A stretch of DNA of 51,140 nucleotides. Origin: Bacillota bacterium. GTDB lineage: Bacteria > Bacillota > Clostridia > Oscillospirales > CAG-272. Made by a program: the position numbers and the translations under genes. The notes below the pieces were generated by a model. The model saw only the letters and a program-made list of their open reading frames with translations, was not told the DNA's origin and ran no database searches. The stretch spans positions 1-51,140 of the forward strand of contig JAQXSY010000078.1 of the NCBI GenBank assembly GCA_029219205.1, in the 5' to 3' direction. Below, piece by piece: positions 1-10,800 of the stretch (position 1 is the first letter of the stretch; every line of letters starts with the position of its first letter).

Positions 1-251
1 TAATAATCAAGTTCAACATTGTAGTCGCTAAGCTTTTGATCCATTTGCTCAGAAAATAATTTTTCACCCGACGTATAGTAGACAAAAATGTCCGCTAAAC
101 CGTCTTTTTCGTTCAATTGAGCGATTATGCCATACATGTAAGTAAACATAATGTTGCATGTTAAAACCCCAATAAACAGCGTTGTAAAGAAAAATTTATC
201 CTCTGCGATCAACGACTTTAACTTTGCGAAAATCAAATATAATATTTTCAT
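1..251 (-). CDS. Partial membrane protein running off the window edge, possibly ABC permease-like
   Basis: Manual translation from ATG at 251 (ATGA overlap with the upstream stop): MKILYLIFAKLKSLIAEDKFFFTTLFIGVLTCNIMFTYMYG..., open to the edge, with an N-terminal hydrophobic helix. Not in the ORF track. Confidence 0.6.
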   Translation of the reverse strand, partial: MKILYLIFAKLKSLIAEDKFFFTTLFIGVLTCNIMFTYMYGIIAQLNEKDGLADIFVYYTSGEKLFSEQMDQKLSDYNVELDY

Positions 252-838
252 GTCTTTTTACCTGTTTTATTTATAAAATAAGAGTCAGGTGATTTAACAT
301 CAGTTTGTGTACGTTCAATTATTAGTTGTGCATCTGGATGTTCCCAAACCAAAACTAATGTCCCGTCCGGATTTAAGTAGTAAACTCCAATATATTTGAT
401 TGGTAACAGCCCAGGATTTTCCTGCAACTCATCTTTAGTGTAATAATCTGTGTTTTCTCCGGAATGTACTTCTTTCCCGGTTTTATCCAAGACAAAATAC
501 GGGTTTGAATTTCTTCCGTAATTAAACCAAATATCCCATCGTTTTGCGCTAATCGTGAAATAGTAATAATGGTATCTAACACCATTATCATAATCATATA
601 TAACCGGAGTTGAAAGGCTGCCGGAATAAAAAACCCCCTTGCTTGTAAGCAAATATTCAAATTCAATTTTATCACTTCCCTCGGTATATGTGACTCCCGA
701 TTCTATGTTATCATAGTAAATTGGAGTCATTCCAAACAAATAATTTATTACAAATATGAGAAATAAAATAGCAAGTATAGCTAATATGATTATAGTTGCC
801 TTTTTTTGCATTGAACCTGTTGTCTTGTGCAAAATCAT
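248..838 (-). CDS. Hypothetical membrane-anchored protein
   Basis: GGAGGAGG RBS before ATG at 838; one N-terminal TM segment (TIIILAILAILFLIFVINYLF); low GC. Confidence 0.75.
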   Translation of the reverse strand: MILHKTTGSMQKKATIIILAILAILFLIFVINYLFGMTPIYYDNIESGVTYTEGSDKIEFEYLLTSKGVFYSGSLSTPVIYDYDNGVRYHYYYFTISAKRWDIWFNYGRNSNPYFVLDKTGKEVHSGENTDYYTKDELQENPGLLPIKYIGVYYLNPDGTLVLVWEHPDAQLIIERTQTDVKSPDSYFINKTGKKT

Positions 839-868
839 ATGCAAGCCTCCTCCAAATCATTATAAATA

Positions 869-913
869 AAAGCGCATAAAGATACACGAGCGACCCCGTA
901 TCCTATGCGCTTT
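869..913. terminator. Stem-loop, terminator-like on the minus strand
   Basis: AAAGCGCATA-AAGATAC...GTATCC-TATGCGCTTT inverted repeat. Confidence 0.5.
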
Positions 914-1169
914 GTTATTAAATTTGTTCCAATGCCGAAAATGATATTTCTATTACTTCTTCGGCAAGAATGCTTGCGCATAGTCGTCAGAGAGTATGTT
1001 TGTGTTCGGCCTATTCTAATTATATTTATATGACATCATATTTTTTGTTAAAAGTCAATATAAATAATAGCACAAAAATAAAAAAATTCATAAAATTTCA
1101 CAACAGATAAAAACACAAAAGAAAAAACGCAAAACATGTTTATCGAAAAGGTATACATGCGCCGCAGCA

Positions 1170-1198
1170 TTGACAAAATCAGTAAAACTTAGTATAAT
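1170..1198 (+). promoter_or_regulatory. Sigma-A promoter
   Basis: TTGACA-17 bp-TATAAT, perfect consensus. Confidence 0.75.
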
Positions 1199-1365
1199 AA
1201 ACTCAGCCTTAAAAGAATTTAATCAGCCATAAGCATCGCAAGTTTTGCAAAACCGTACCGTAATATATTAAATGACTAATCAAACTGATGCACTATATAC
1301 TGTGTGCGTCTGTGAGTAAATCAGTGTTGTGCTCTTGGCTGGGATTCAACAGGAAAGGGAGTGAA

Positions 1366-2439
1366 ATGCTCTTGTATTCAAAAAATATTTTTACATTCAT
1401 CCGAAGAACCGCCGCTTTGCTTTTGTCGAGCTTGCTTTTGATATCATCTTTGTCAGGCTGTCAAAAAGAAATGAATGATCCTTCGGAAACGTCCGGAACA
1501 GCTTCCACCGAAGCAAATACTGCACAGTCCACGACTGCATCGAAGCAGGAAGAGCCGACAGACGAGATAAAAGCCCTTGCAAAAAAGCGTATTCAAGACG
1601 ACATTGATTTGGCTCTTTGGTATGTTGAGCAGGATTTAAACAACGGATCTTCCGTTTGCTTTCCTTTTGAACCGGCTGCCACGGAGTATTCCAAACTCAA
1701 CAGCACGCAGAAACAGCTTTATGATGAAATGCTCCCCAAAATCCCGTCGCTGATTCCTTTTGAATACACGGCAGAGGAATACGGATACGATGTTCTGGAT
1801 AACGTTTTTATTGCTGCAACTGCAATTTGCGCCGATTATCCGGAATATGAGCTTTACTTCAACATTGTGGAAGTCTTTGATAATAACACAACAACGGTGG
1901 CTCTGCGGTCGACATACTTTTTTCCCTCGGATCCGAATTACAAAAATGTCGAAGACACAAGCGCCTTAAAAGAAGAACTGGAGATTTTTGACGCGGAGTG
2001 CAATTTGATCGTCGAGGCAATTCCGGAAAACTTCAGTACCTATGACAAGTACCGCTATCTTGCAGCGGTAATCACAATAAGAACCATATACGACTACAGC
2101 TTTACCGGCGGACCTAAAACCATGTCGGCATACGGCGCAATCGAAGGATCTGTCGCCATTTGTCAGGGTTATTCCAGAGCGTTTGAATATCTTTGCAGAA
2201 AGGCAAATCTTTGGTGCAAAATCGTCATTGGAATTTCGCAGAATACTGCTCACGCCTGGAATCTTGTGAAGCTCGAAAGCGGCACCTACCATGTTGATGT
2301 TACTTGGTCAGATGCGGACATGAATGCAACGCTTGACGAGGGATGGCACGAGTATTTCATGCTGACACAGGAGCAGATTTTATCGAAGGATCACGAAATC
2401 ACTGACGGGACCGTTGCTACAGGAACGCTTTTGCAGTAA
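1366..2439 (+). CDS. Transglutaminase-like domain lipoprotein
   Basis: Lipobox-like LSGC; catalytic-triad motifs AICQGYSRAF, HAWNLV, YHVDVTW; start taken after the GGGAG RBS. Confidence 0.85.
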   Translation: MLLYSKNIFTFIRRTAALLLSSLLLISSLSGCQKEMNDPSETSGTASTEANTAQSTTASKQEEPTDEIKALAKKRIQDDIDLALWYVEQDLNNGSSVCFPFEPAATEYSKLNSTQKQLYDEMLPKIPSLIPFEYTAEEYGYDVLDNVFIAATAICADYPEYELYFNIVEVFDNNTTTVALRSTYFFPSDPNYKNVEDTSALKEELEIFDAECNLIVEAIPENFSTYDKYRYLAAVITIRTIYDYSFTGGPKTMSAYGAIEGSVAICQGYSRAFEYLCRKANLWCKIVIGISQNTAHAWNLVKLESGTYHVDVTWSDADMNATLDEGWHEYFMLTQEQILSKDHEITDGTVATGTLLQ

Positions 2440-2534
2440 AGTCTCAGAGTGCAATTTTTCAACGAATCATAATCTGTTTTTGACAAAAAGGTAATAACGC
2501 CCGTATCTTGTATCATAATTGGTCACAGCTTTCA

Positions 2535-2587
2535 TAATGAAAACACCATTGAAATCCGAATCCAAGGGTTGGAATCAATGGTGTTTT
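2535..2587. repeat. Palindromic element, copy 1 (AAAACACCATTG...CAATGGTGTTTT)
   Basis: 13-bp inverted arms; shares TAATGAAAACACCATTG and CAATGGTGTTTT with 16807-16864. Confidence 0.8.
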
Positions 2588-2944
2588 TGCATCCGAGCCT
2601 TTTGCCGAAAGAAAAAGATTCGATGCAAAAACACACGATGAAAAGGATGTTTCATGCAACTTCCGCACACCAAAAACCGAAAAACACATTCTTAAATTTG
2701 CAAAAAAACTCTTGATTTAATTTGACTTTCAGATTAAAATTAAAACAGAATTGTTACATACAGCGACAAAGAACGAAAATCCGGCGCAAACCTATCGGTT
2801 TTGCGCTCTCCCGGAAAAATCAGGATAAACACATTTGTAAGCAGCACGAAAGCTCCGAAAAAACGGTTCCTTATAAACAGCCTCAGGCTGTTTATAAGGC
2901 AATACACATTTTTTTGATATCGCAGCCGAGCAGGTACGACACAT

Positions 2945-4600
2945 ATGACAAAAGAAAAAAAAAAAACCATATTAACTTTTTCGGCGGTCTCACTTACGAT
3001 TCTGCTTGCATTTTCCTGCCGTCTGATTGGACAGAACGAAATATTTACTCCGCTTTCAAGTTTAATCAGAAGCTTTTTATACATCGGACTATACACGGCA
3101 TGGGGAATTTCCGTATACACACGTATCGTTCAGGTAAAAATCCGCCGCTATTTATCGATTGAAGCGGTTCTTATGGTTGCATGGCAGTCGCTGCGGACGG
3201 TGAAATATTTATTTTCAAGCGATTACAACACATCCCGATATCTGTGGTATATGTACTATCTCCCGATGCTGTTTATACCGATGTTTTCTGTATTTATCGC
3301 ATTATCGATCGGCAAGCCGGAGGAGCACAAACTCGCCGGGCAAGCGTATCTGCTGTACATTCCGACCGCGATACTGCTGCTCATGGTGCTGACAAACGAT
3401 TTTCATCAGCTTGTTTTTGTATTTAAAAGCAGTGAATGGACCGACCATAACTACAGCTACGGTTTTTGTTATTGGATAATAATCGGTTGGGCAATTTTCT
3501 GCGCACTGACGGCGATAATCTTGTTTTTTGTAAAGTGCCGGATTCCGAAAACGCGAAAAATTCTATGGACGCCCTTTATTCCGCTCGCAGCCGCAATAAC
3601 ATACTGTATCTTATATCTGCTGCGAATAGAGTGGCTGATCTTTTTTGCCGCGGATATTACGTCGTTTCTGTGCCTTACATTTACCGCAATATTTGAGTCA
3701 TGCCTGCGCTGCGGGCTGATACAGTCAAACACGGGATATGACGCACTATTTCCGGTCTCATCCCTCCGCGCGTTCATCACGGATACGGATTATAATATCT
3801 GTTATTCTTCTTCGGAATCCGCCGACCTGCCTGTCGGCACTATGCGCGCAACCGAGCGCGAGCCCGTAAGGCTTAACCGGAATACTCTGCTGAAAGGGCA
3901 TCCGATACGCGCAGGCCATGTTATCTGGCAGGAGGATGTAGCCGAGCTTGCCGACACGTTGGAACAGCTGGATGAAAACAACAAAGCAATCGCCGCTTCA
4001 AACGAAGTGGAACGTGAAAATTATCAGATCAACCGGCGAATTGCCACGCTTCATGAGCGAAACCGGCTTTACGACCTTATCAACACGCAAACAACCCGCA
4101 GTTATGAGCTTCTCAAAGTAATTCTTGACGATTACGAAAACTGCCGGGAAGACGAAGAGGCCGTCAGAAAAATATTATCCAAGACGGCTGTAATCGGAGC
4201 ATATATAAAGCGCCGCGGGAATCTGATCCTCCTCAGCGAAAACGAAACCGCGCTGCCGATAAAAGAGCTGAAGCTTTGTCTGAACGAATCCATACAGAAT
4301 CTGGAGCTGCTCGGAATCAAATGCGAATACACGATCAGGACGACAAGCTCCCTGCCGATTGCAGGCATTATCAGAATATACGACCTTTTTGAGAAAATAG
4401 TTGAATCCGGTATAGATTCGCTTATCGGATTATGGATACACATTTCAGAGCGGGACGGCAGCACTGTTGCGCGGATGGAAGCTTTTGCGGACGCAAACTA
4501 TACCCCGCCGGCAAACGATGACAGCGAATTTCATACGGGAGAGGACGGCTCGTTCGTTTTTGTCCTCCGATTGCCAAAAGAAGGAGAACAGGGGCAATGA
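2945..4600 (+). CDS. Multi-TM sensor protein (HisKA_7TM-like) with a degenerate kinase core
   Basis: About 8 TM segments, then a coiled coil and ERNRLYD where the H-box His would be; no recognisable N/G boxes. Confidence 0.7.
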   Translation: MTKEKKKTILTFSAVSLTILLAFSCRLIGQNEIFTPLSSLIRSFLYIGLYTAWGISVYTRIVQVKIRRYLSIEAVLMVAWQSLRTVKYLFSSDYNTSRYLWYMYYLPMLFIPMFSVFIALSIGKPEEHKLAGQAYLLYIPTAILLLMVLTNDFHQLVFVFKSSEWTDHNYSYGFCYWIIIGWAIFCALTAIILFFVKCRIPKTRKILWTPFIPLAAAITYCILYLLRIEWLIFFAADITSFLCLTFTAIFESCLRCGLIQSNTGYDALFPVSSLRAFITDTDYNICYSSSESADLPVGTMRATEREPVRLNRNTLLKGHPIRAGHVIWQEDVAELADTLEQLDENNKAIAASNEVERENYQINRRIATLHERNRLYDLINTQTTRSYELLKVILDDYENCREDEEAVRKILSKTAVIGAYIKRRGNLILLSENETALPIKELKLCLNESIQNLELLGIKCEYTIRTTSSLPIAGIIRIYDLFEKIVESGIDSLIGLWIHISERDGSTVARMEAFADANYTPPANDDSEFHTGEDGSFVFVLRLPKEGEQGQ

Positions 4601-5904
4601 GATATTTCCTTTTATCTTCGGATGCCGAACGCTTCGCGCTTCTGATGACCATGTTCATCACCGTGTGCTTCCTCATAATTCTGATGTTCGTCTCATCAGG
4701 AAAGCGGAAACAGTTCCTGTCGCAGATAATCAACATTGCGATGCTTGCGGTTGTATTCGTATTCCTCGTGCTGACCTATTCGGAGCACCGAAACATACAG
4801 CTTCAGATTACGGCGGCGCGGCATCTTTTTGTTCCGATGCCCGCACTGTGGGCGTTTTCGGTTATCTTCTGTACGCACGCTGTCTGCGTAATAATTGCGC
4901 GATTCAGACGCAGAAAGAAAAAGATTTACAGCGATTCAATCCGTGAAGCGCTCAACACTCTTCCCGCTGCGGTATGTTATTTTGACAAAAACGGTCTGGT
5001 TAAGCTGTGCAACCTTAACATGTACCGGCTTTATCACGAAATGACGAATTCAAACCTTCAGACTCTTGAGGAGCTTCATGAAGCGCTTGACAAATGCAGC
5101 AAAATAACGGCGGTCAAAAAAATATCCGACGAAAATCCCGTATGGCTGTTTCAGGACGGCAGATACCGGATGTTTTCCGAGAAATCAATCGAGGCAAACG
5201 ACGGAAAAATTTATGCCGAAGCAATTTTTTACGATGTAACGGAGCTTTATAACAAAAAGCTCGAGCTGAAAAACCAGGAAGAACAATTAAAAGAGGTTAA
5301 CGAAAATATCCGCATATTAACACAGAATATTGCCGCCATAACAAAAGAAGAAGAAATGCTTTTCCTGAAAACAAAGCTTCATGACCGTCTGGGAGCCGGA
5401 ATCGTAGCGGCGCGTCAGGCGATTCTTCTGCGCCGTTCTTCCGCCGAAACGGAAGGGGTTATACGGATGTGGCGTGAAGCGATCGCAATTGTAAATTCAG
5501 GCAAAAATGTCTATCCGGCTCAAAGCGGACTGAACGAGCTGCTCCGGGATGCAAAAACAATCGGAATAAATATCATCACCGACGGAATATTCCCGGACGG
5601 AAGCGAAAGCGCCGAAGTGTTTCTTTGCGCCATACAGGAATGTCTGACAAACTGCGCACGTCATGCCGGCGGAAACGAACTGTATGTCACAATATGTAAC
5701 GAAGCCGGAAAGGATAAAATCATCATAAAAAATAACGGCAAAGCGCCCGACAAGGAAATCAGGCCGGGCGGCGGGTTGATAAATCTGCAGAAAATGGTTT
5801 CAAGACACGGCGGAATCATGGAAATTCAATCTCTTCCGGAGTTTAAACTGACAATAACGATAGGTGAAAGAAGGGGCGCGGATGACACAGGTCTTAATCG
5901 TTGA
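4597..5904 (+). CDS. Sensor histidine kinase (HisKA_3/NarX-like)
   Basis: 3 TM, PAS-like segment, H-box LHDRLG, N-box ECLTNCARHA, NNG and GGGLINL; ATGA overlap with the upstream gene. Confidence 0.8.
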   Translation: MRYFLLSSDAERFALLMTMFITVCFLIILMFVSSGKRKQFLSQIINIAMLAVVFVFLVLTYSEHRNIQLQITAARHLFVPMPALWAFSVIFCTHAVCVIIARFRRRKKKIYSDSIREALNTLPAAVCYFDKNGLVKLCNLNMYRLYHEMTNSNLQTLEELHEALDKCSKITAVKKISDENPVWLFQDGRYRMFSEKSIEANDGKIYAEAIFYDVTELYNKKLELKNQEEQLKEVNENIRILTQNIAAITKEEEMLFLKTKLHDRLGAGIVAARQAILLRRSSAETEGVIRMWREAIAIVNSGKNVYPAQSGLNELLRDAKTIGINIITDGIFPDGSESAEVFLCAIQECLTNCARHAGGNELYVTICNEAGKDKIIIKNNGKAPDKEIRPGGGLINLQKMVSRHGGIMEIQSLPEFKLTITIGERRGADDTGLNR

Positions 5905-6520
5905 AGATCAGCGAATGGCAAGAGAAAACATCGAAAAGATTATTTTAAACAGCGGCAGATACGAGCTTGTCGGTTCAATTTCAACGGCGGGGATCGCCTG
6001 TTCTGTTTGTGAAGTGCACAGAGTCGATCTGATCCTTATGGACGTCTGTACCATCGGCAGAAAAGACGGTATAGATTCCGCAGCGGAAATCAAGGAGCGC
6101 TTCCCCGACATAAAAATCATTATAATAACCTCCATACCGGAGGTGGGATATCTTGACCGTGCGCAAAAAGCCGGAGTTGACAGCTTCTGGTATAAGGAAT
6201 ACGGACGCACGGAGCTTTTGGAAGTTATGGATAAAACAATGGAGGGAGAACATATTTTCCCGCCGGATACTCCCGCGGTTCAGCTTGGGTTTGCATCCTC
6301 CGCAGAGCTGACAGAAGGAGAGATACGCGTGCTTCGTCAGGTTATGGAGGGAATGGAATATGACGAGATTGCAAAGACGCTCAAAATCGCGCGCAGTACG
6401 GTCAATTATCATATGTCAAACATACTTTCCAAAACCGGTTATCCGAACAAAACGCTGCTTGCAATTGCCGTTGCCAAAAAGCAGCTGATAGTTCCGTCCC
6501 TCGAAGAGTATGACGACTGA
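5882..6520 (+). CDS. NarL/LuxR-family response regulator
   Basis: REC motifs LIVEDQ, LILMDV, IIITS, WYKE; C-terminal LuxR HTH LTEGEIRVL...STVNYHMSNILSK. Confidence 0.92.
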   Translation: MTQVLIVEDQRMARENIEKIILNSGRYELVGSISTAGIACSVCEVHRVDLILMDVCTIGRKDGIDSAAEIKERFPDIKIIIITSIPEVGYLDRAQKAGVDSFWYKEYGRTELLEVMDKTMEGEHIFPPDTPAVQLGFASSAELTEGEIRVLRQVMEGMEYDEIAKTLKIARSTVNYHMSNILSKTGYPNKTLLAIAVAKKQLIVPSLEEYDD

Positions 6521-6693
6521 CCGACGGACTGCATAAATATCAAAGGAGAGTCTTTTTGTTAATAAAATCTTTTCATAATCCCGTGCGTTTATTTAACAAA
6601 CGCAGCCGGCGCCGTACGCCTTTTTCCGGCTTTTCAGTAAGGCGGGTGCGGCCGCCGGTTATCTGATTTATTTAAAAACTTTCTTACGAATAA

Positions 6694-6732
6694 AAAATAC
6701 GCGGTATCCGTTTTGAGGATACCGCGTATTTT
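6694..6732. terminator. Bidirectional intrinsic terminator
   Basis: AAAATACGCGGTATCC-7 nt-GGATACCGCGTATTTT between convergent genes. Confidence 0.85.
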
Positions 6733-6738
6733 GTGTTT

Positions 6739-7152
6739 TTAAAGCTTTTTCATCCGAATCATTTCCATAACGGTGATTTCACCGTTGTCGTCAACAGCGA
6801 TCTCAGCCCACGGAGAAACCTCTTCGCCCAATACTTCGCCCTGAACTCCCGAATTGTACAAAATCTTGCCGTCTTCTTCTTTCCATTCCTGTTGGCCGGT
6901 AACAAGATAGTCGTCAACACGTGTCATTCCTGCAGAAACAGCGTTGTCGATCTCCTCCTGAGGAGTATTTTCCGGAATTTTTATCATGTTGAGAAGCTTT
7001 CCGTCAGGAGTAAATTCCATTACCTGCGAAAACGTTGAAGTATCAAAATCTTCAATATTTGCCGATTCCTCTTCTGTAACCCATTTAAAATCTCCGTCAG
7101 CGAATGACATGACTGCGGATACACCCCATCTGCCGATAATGTTCATATTCAT
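6739..7152 (-). CDS. Hypothetical acidic protein
   Basis: 137-aa ORF with AGGAG RBS, directly downstream of the next gene in an operon-like arrangement. Confidence 0.8.
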   Translation of the reverse strand: MNMNIIGRWGVSAVMSFADGDFKWVTEEESANIEDFDTSTFSQVMEFTPDGKLLNMIKIPENTPQEEIDNAVSAGMTRVDDYLVTGQQEWKEEDGKILYNSGVQGEVLGEEVSPWAEIAVDDNGEITVMEMIRMKKL

Positions 7153-7177
7153 ATCTCCTTTATAAATTTTTTATTAT

Positions 7178-7744
7178 TTAAGCCCAAGGATCAGCGGATT
7201 TAGGCTGACGTATGTCGGTCAGCAGATACTGCTCCCAAAGGCACCACTGTCCGTCGCCTTTTTTACGGAGCTTCACAGGACGAGGCGAGTCGGCGCCGCC
7301 GCAGGCAATATAAAGCCTTGCATATCCGTCCTCGTCAAATGAATGAGAATTGGAAGAAACGGTCAGTGAAAACGGCTCGGAAGGCGTATAATTGTTGTCG
7401 GGCGTTGCTCCGGCAAAATAAGAGAACGGAATGTAGGTACGCTCGCCGCGGAAACGGTCTTTGATGAACGATATATCCTGACCGTTCATAGGACGAGGAC
7501 CGCGCAGAAAATTCAGCATCTGCGTTCCGATGTCAGGTGAAGCCGCAAACGCGCAAAGCGCGCAAACGGTCAGCGCGGCCGTTTTGTAAGGCGTATCCAT
7601 TGCCGCTTCCGGCAGCGCCTGCAGCTGTTCAACGCTCTCCGGCAGCGCGGTAAAGGTAAAAGTTTCGCTCTTATTGCCCAGATTGCTTATCGCAGCGCCC
7701 GCGACGGTCTGTGCTTTGCTCTTGAGCCTGTCAAAAATACTCAT
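7178..7744 (-). CDS. Conserved hypothetical protein (DUF6935-like, from recall)
   Basis: GGAGGA RBS before ATG at 7744; motifs SYFAGATPDNNYTP and GGADSPRPVKL. Confidence 0.7.
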   Translation of the reverse strand: MSIFDRLKSKAQTVAGAAISNLGNKSETFTFTALPESVEQLQALPEAAMDTPYKTAALTVCALCAFAASPDIGTQMLNFLRGPRPMNGQDISFIKDRFRGERTYIPFSYFAGATPDNNYTPSEPFSLTVSSNSHSFDEDGYARLYIACGGADSPRPVKLRKKGDGQWCLWEQYLLTDIRQPKSADPWA

Positions 7745-7838
7745 GAAAAGTTCCTCCATAAAAATATATTATTTTTGTATATAAATTTATTATTTTTTAT
7801 ATCCGATTCCGCTTTGAGAAGTATTCGACTCACGCTTT

Positions 7839-10800
7839 TCAGCTTTTCTTTTTGCTTTTAACCACGATTATAATAACAACCGCAGCAGCAGCCGCGCCGG
7901 CAATTACAATGATAATCCACCACGGGAAACCGGTTTCATTTTCGCCCTCGCCGGGATTTACGTTTTCTCCCGTCGTTTGCGGAACTGTCTCGGAATCGTC
8001 GGGTGTCGGTTCGTCAGTTATCGGAGCATCGGTTATCGGAGCATCGGTTATCGGTTCGTCGGTTTCGGGTTTGCGCGTTTCGATCTCTTTGTATCCGCAG
8101 ACGGAGCATACGCGTTCTCTTGTTTCATCCTCTGTATCAGTCGCTTCTTTTACAACGTTCCATTCGCCAAAGGTGTGAGCGGCTTCATTCATATTTTGAC
8201 CGCAGGTGCAGAGGTTCCAGTGATTTATGCCGTCGGCTTTCCACTCGCTTCCGGCATTATGCGTATGCGAATTTTTGACCGTAACATTGAATACGGCGGT
8301 TTTGCCCTCGTAGGTAACGGTTATTTTCTGAGTGCCGACGGTGTTCATAACAGTCGGAGAACAGGTAAATCCGCTTGTAATGTTTTTATATCCGTCGCTC
8401 ATCACAACGCGAACAATCATTTGGTCCGTATTCAGCGTTTCGCCCTTGATGTATTCAAGCTTTGCCGGCGTATTCAGTATCTCAATGCCCTCAACCGTAA
8501 CTTCGTCATTCTCAAAGGTAACCGCCGCGGTCTTTGTATAAACCGTTTCGCTGTGCATTCCCTTGTACTCCATATAAGCGGCGGCGCGGTAATAGGCTGT
8601 GCCCAGGATTTGATCCGGAATAAGGTCAACGCCGTTCGCTCCGCTGATGGGAGCTGCTCCGCTCATGTTGTATTCGGAGGATTTGTACCACTGAATGTGA
8701 AGCTCTCCTTCGCCGATCGGCTTAATAAACGTCGAAAGCTTTACATACTCGCCGAGCTTCGCCGTTACAGACTCCGGAGACGTAATTACAGACGGAATTC
8801 CGATTTCTTTTGTAAAAGTAACGGCGACAAGGTCGGAATATACGGATTCGCTGGCCACGATCCTGCCGTCTATTACAACATTGTTTGTAATCATGACGCA
8901 GTAGTAGGTGGTGCCTTCCAGCTGTTCGGGAATAAAGAACGACTGCGTTCCGTAGGCTTCGTCGTCCTCGTCATAGATTGCTTTGATTGTGGAAATGTCG
9001 TTGACGCTCGTCATGTACCACTGGAACTGCGTCGAATCGCTGTCATTCAGCTTAACTGTGACAAACATCATTTTCGGCGTATCGCCGAGTTTATAGGTCC
9101 CGCCCTTCGGCTGATCGATAATAGTAGGTATGTTTGCTTTCGGGATCTCGGTTGCCGGGAATGTATAGGAAACAATGTGATTTCCGTATGAATCCGTATG
9201 ATAGTCTGCGCTGCTGCCGTTGATTGTCGCATTAACCTTATCGGCAAAGGCATAACCGCTGTTTGCCATCAGATATACGCTGACGGTATAGGCTTTTCCG
9301 GCTTCAAAAATGTAGTGCGGTTCAAACCAGGAAACCGATTCAACCGTCACACCGACGGAATCAACATTGCATTTAAGATCGGGAACCGCTCCCGTTACAG
9401 GCGCGTCGATGCCGGTTATATTTACCGAAGTGATCTCGGCTGCTTTAACCATGGGGAATGTGTAGCTGATTTTCAGCTGCTCGGTTCCCGCGCCGGATAG
9501 GATCTTTGCGGTCTTGTTATTTATCGTTGCCGACGACATGGATTTTGCAAAAACGGAGCCGTTTGTTGTTTCGAGCGTGATGATCACGGAATACGACTTG
9601 TTTGCGGCAAAGGCGCTTTCCGAAGGATCCCAGTTCACCGAAGCGATATAGTAATTTCCGCCGGCTGTTGAAGCCGTTGCCGCGGGCTTTGCTCCGAGCG
9701 ACGGTTCCGTGACAGTCAGTGCGACTTTATTGACGGGAGTTGGTTCAACATAAAAGGTGTAGGTAACGGCTCTTTTGTTTTCTCCGCCGCTGACGCTGCT
9801 AATCTCAGCGGAATTGCCGTTCAGGGTTGCGGTCATTTTAGATGCGGCTTCAAACGCAAATCCGTCCTTCGGTTCAAGATAAACTATATACGAATAGTTT
9901 TTTCCTGCCTCAAATACGCTGTTTGCATTGAGATCCTTGGAATTGCTTCCGTCGCTCAAACGCCACCTTGTTCCGTAAATCACAGCGCCGTTCTGCGCGA
10001 TTTTCGGCGTGCTCATGTCGGGATGAGCGCCTTCGGCCGGAATGGTTATACCGCTCAGATTGATGTCGGTGATCTTGACGTCGAGCTTGGGGAAGGTATA
10101 GGAAAGCGTCAGTCCGTCATAATTTACGCCCAGCTGAGTCTGCACGCCTTTTTTAATCTCCGGAACCACATACGTTGTGCCGGAGCCGGATTTGTAGAGG
10201 CGTGCGTCCAGTTTGTCAAAGTCAAAGGCGTATCCGTCGTTTGGCATAATCTTAAGCGTCAGACGGTATTCGTTTCCGGCCGAGAAATAGGTGCTGCTGC
10301 CGATCGAATATCCGCCGTTCATCGTCCATTTGACAGCGTCGCTTGCCGACCCGATGTACGCATTGGCGGTCGAAACGCTGAAACTTGTGCCGATCTTTGT
10401 ATTTTCAGCCGGGAAGGTAACGTCCTTGACATAAACGCTTGGAATAAGCGCTTTTTCGGGCTTGAAGCTGCAGCTTATGCAATACAGCCCGTTTCCCTCA
10501 TCGGACACCGACGCGGTATATCCGTTAATCGTCGCCTTAAGCTGCGACGCACTGGCGAATTTATAATCCCATGAGGTTGTGACTATATAAGTTTTTATGG
10601 TATATGTACGGTTGGGCTGGAGCACATAGCTTGAGGAAGAGGTGTATTCGCTGCCGGTGCCGTCTGTTTTCCATACGGTACAATAACCGCCGGAGTTATA
10701 TATGCTAACGCCGGTTGTTGTCGTTTTCGGACTGTAGTCGGGCTTTTGTCCAACCGTCGGCGTCTGAATGGTAACGGCCACATTTTTGATAACTGTTGAC

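Noticed and set aside
2722-3162. Overlapping ORFs of 146 and 126 aa
   Set aside because: Overlap the sensor gene and its leader; no motif or RBS support
8010-8064. Short repeats as a possible CRISPR array
   Set aside because: In-frame coding repeat without spacers; no cas genes or repeat-spacer array anywhere in the window
7977-9191. 404-aa plus-strand ORF (also 10023-10574)
   Set aside because: Antisense shadow of the surface-protein gene; no RBS or recognisable motifs
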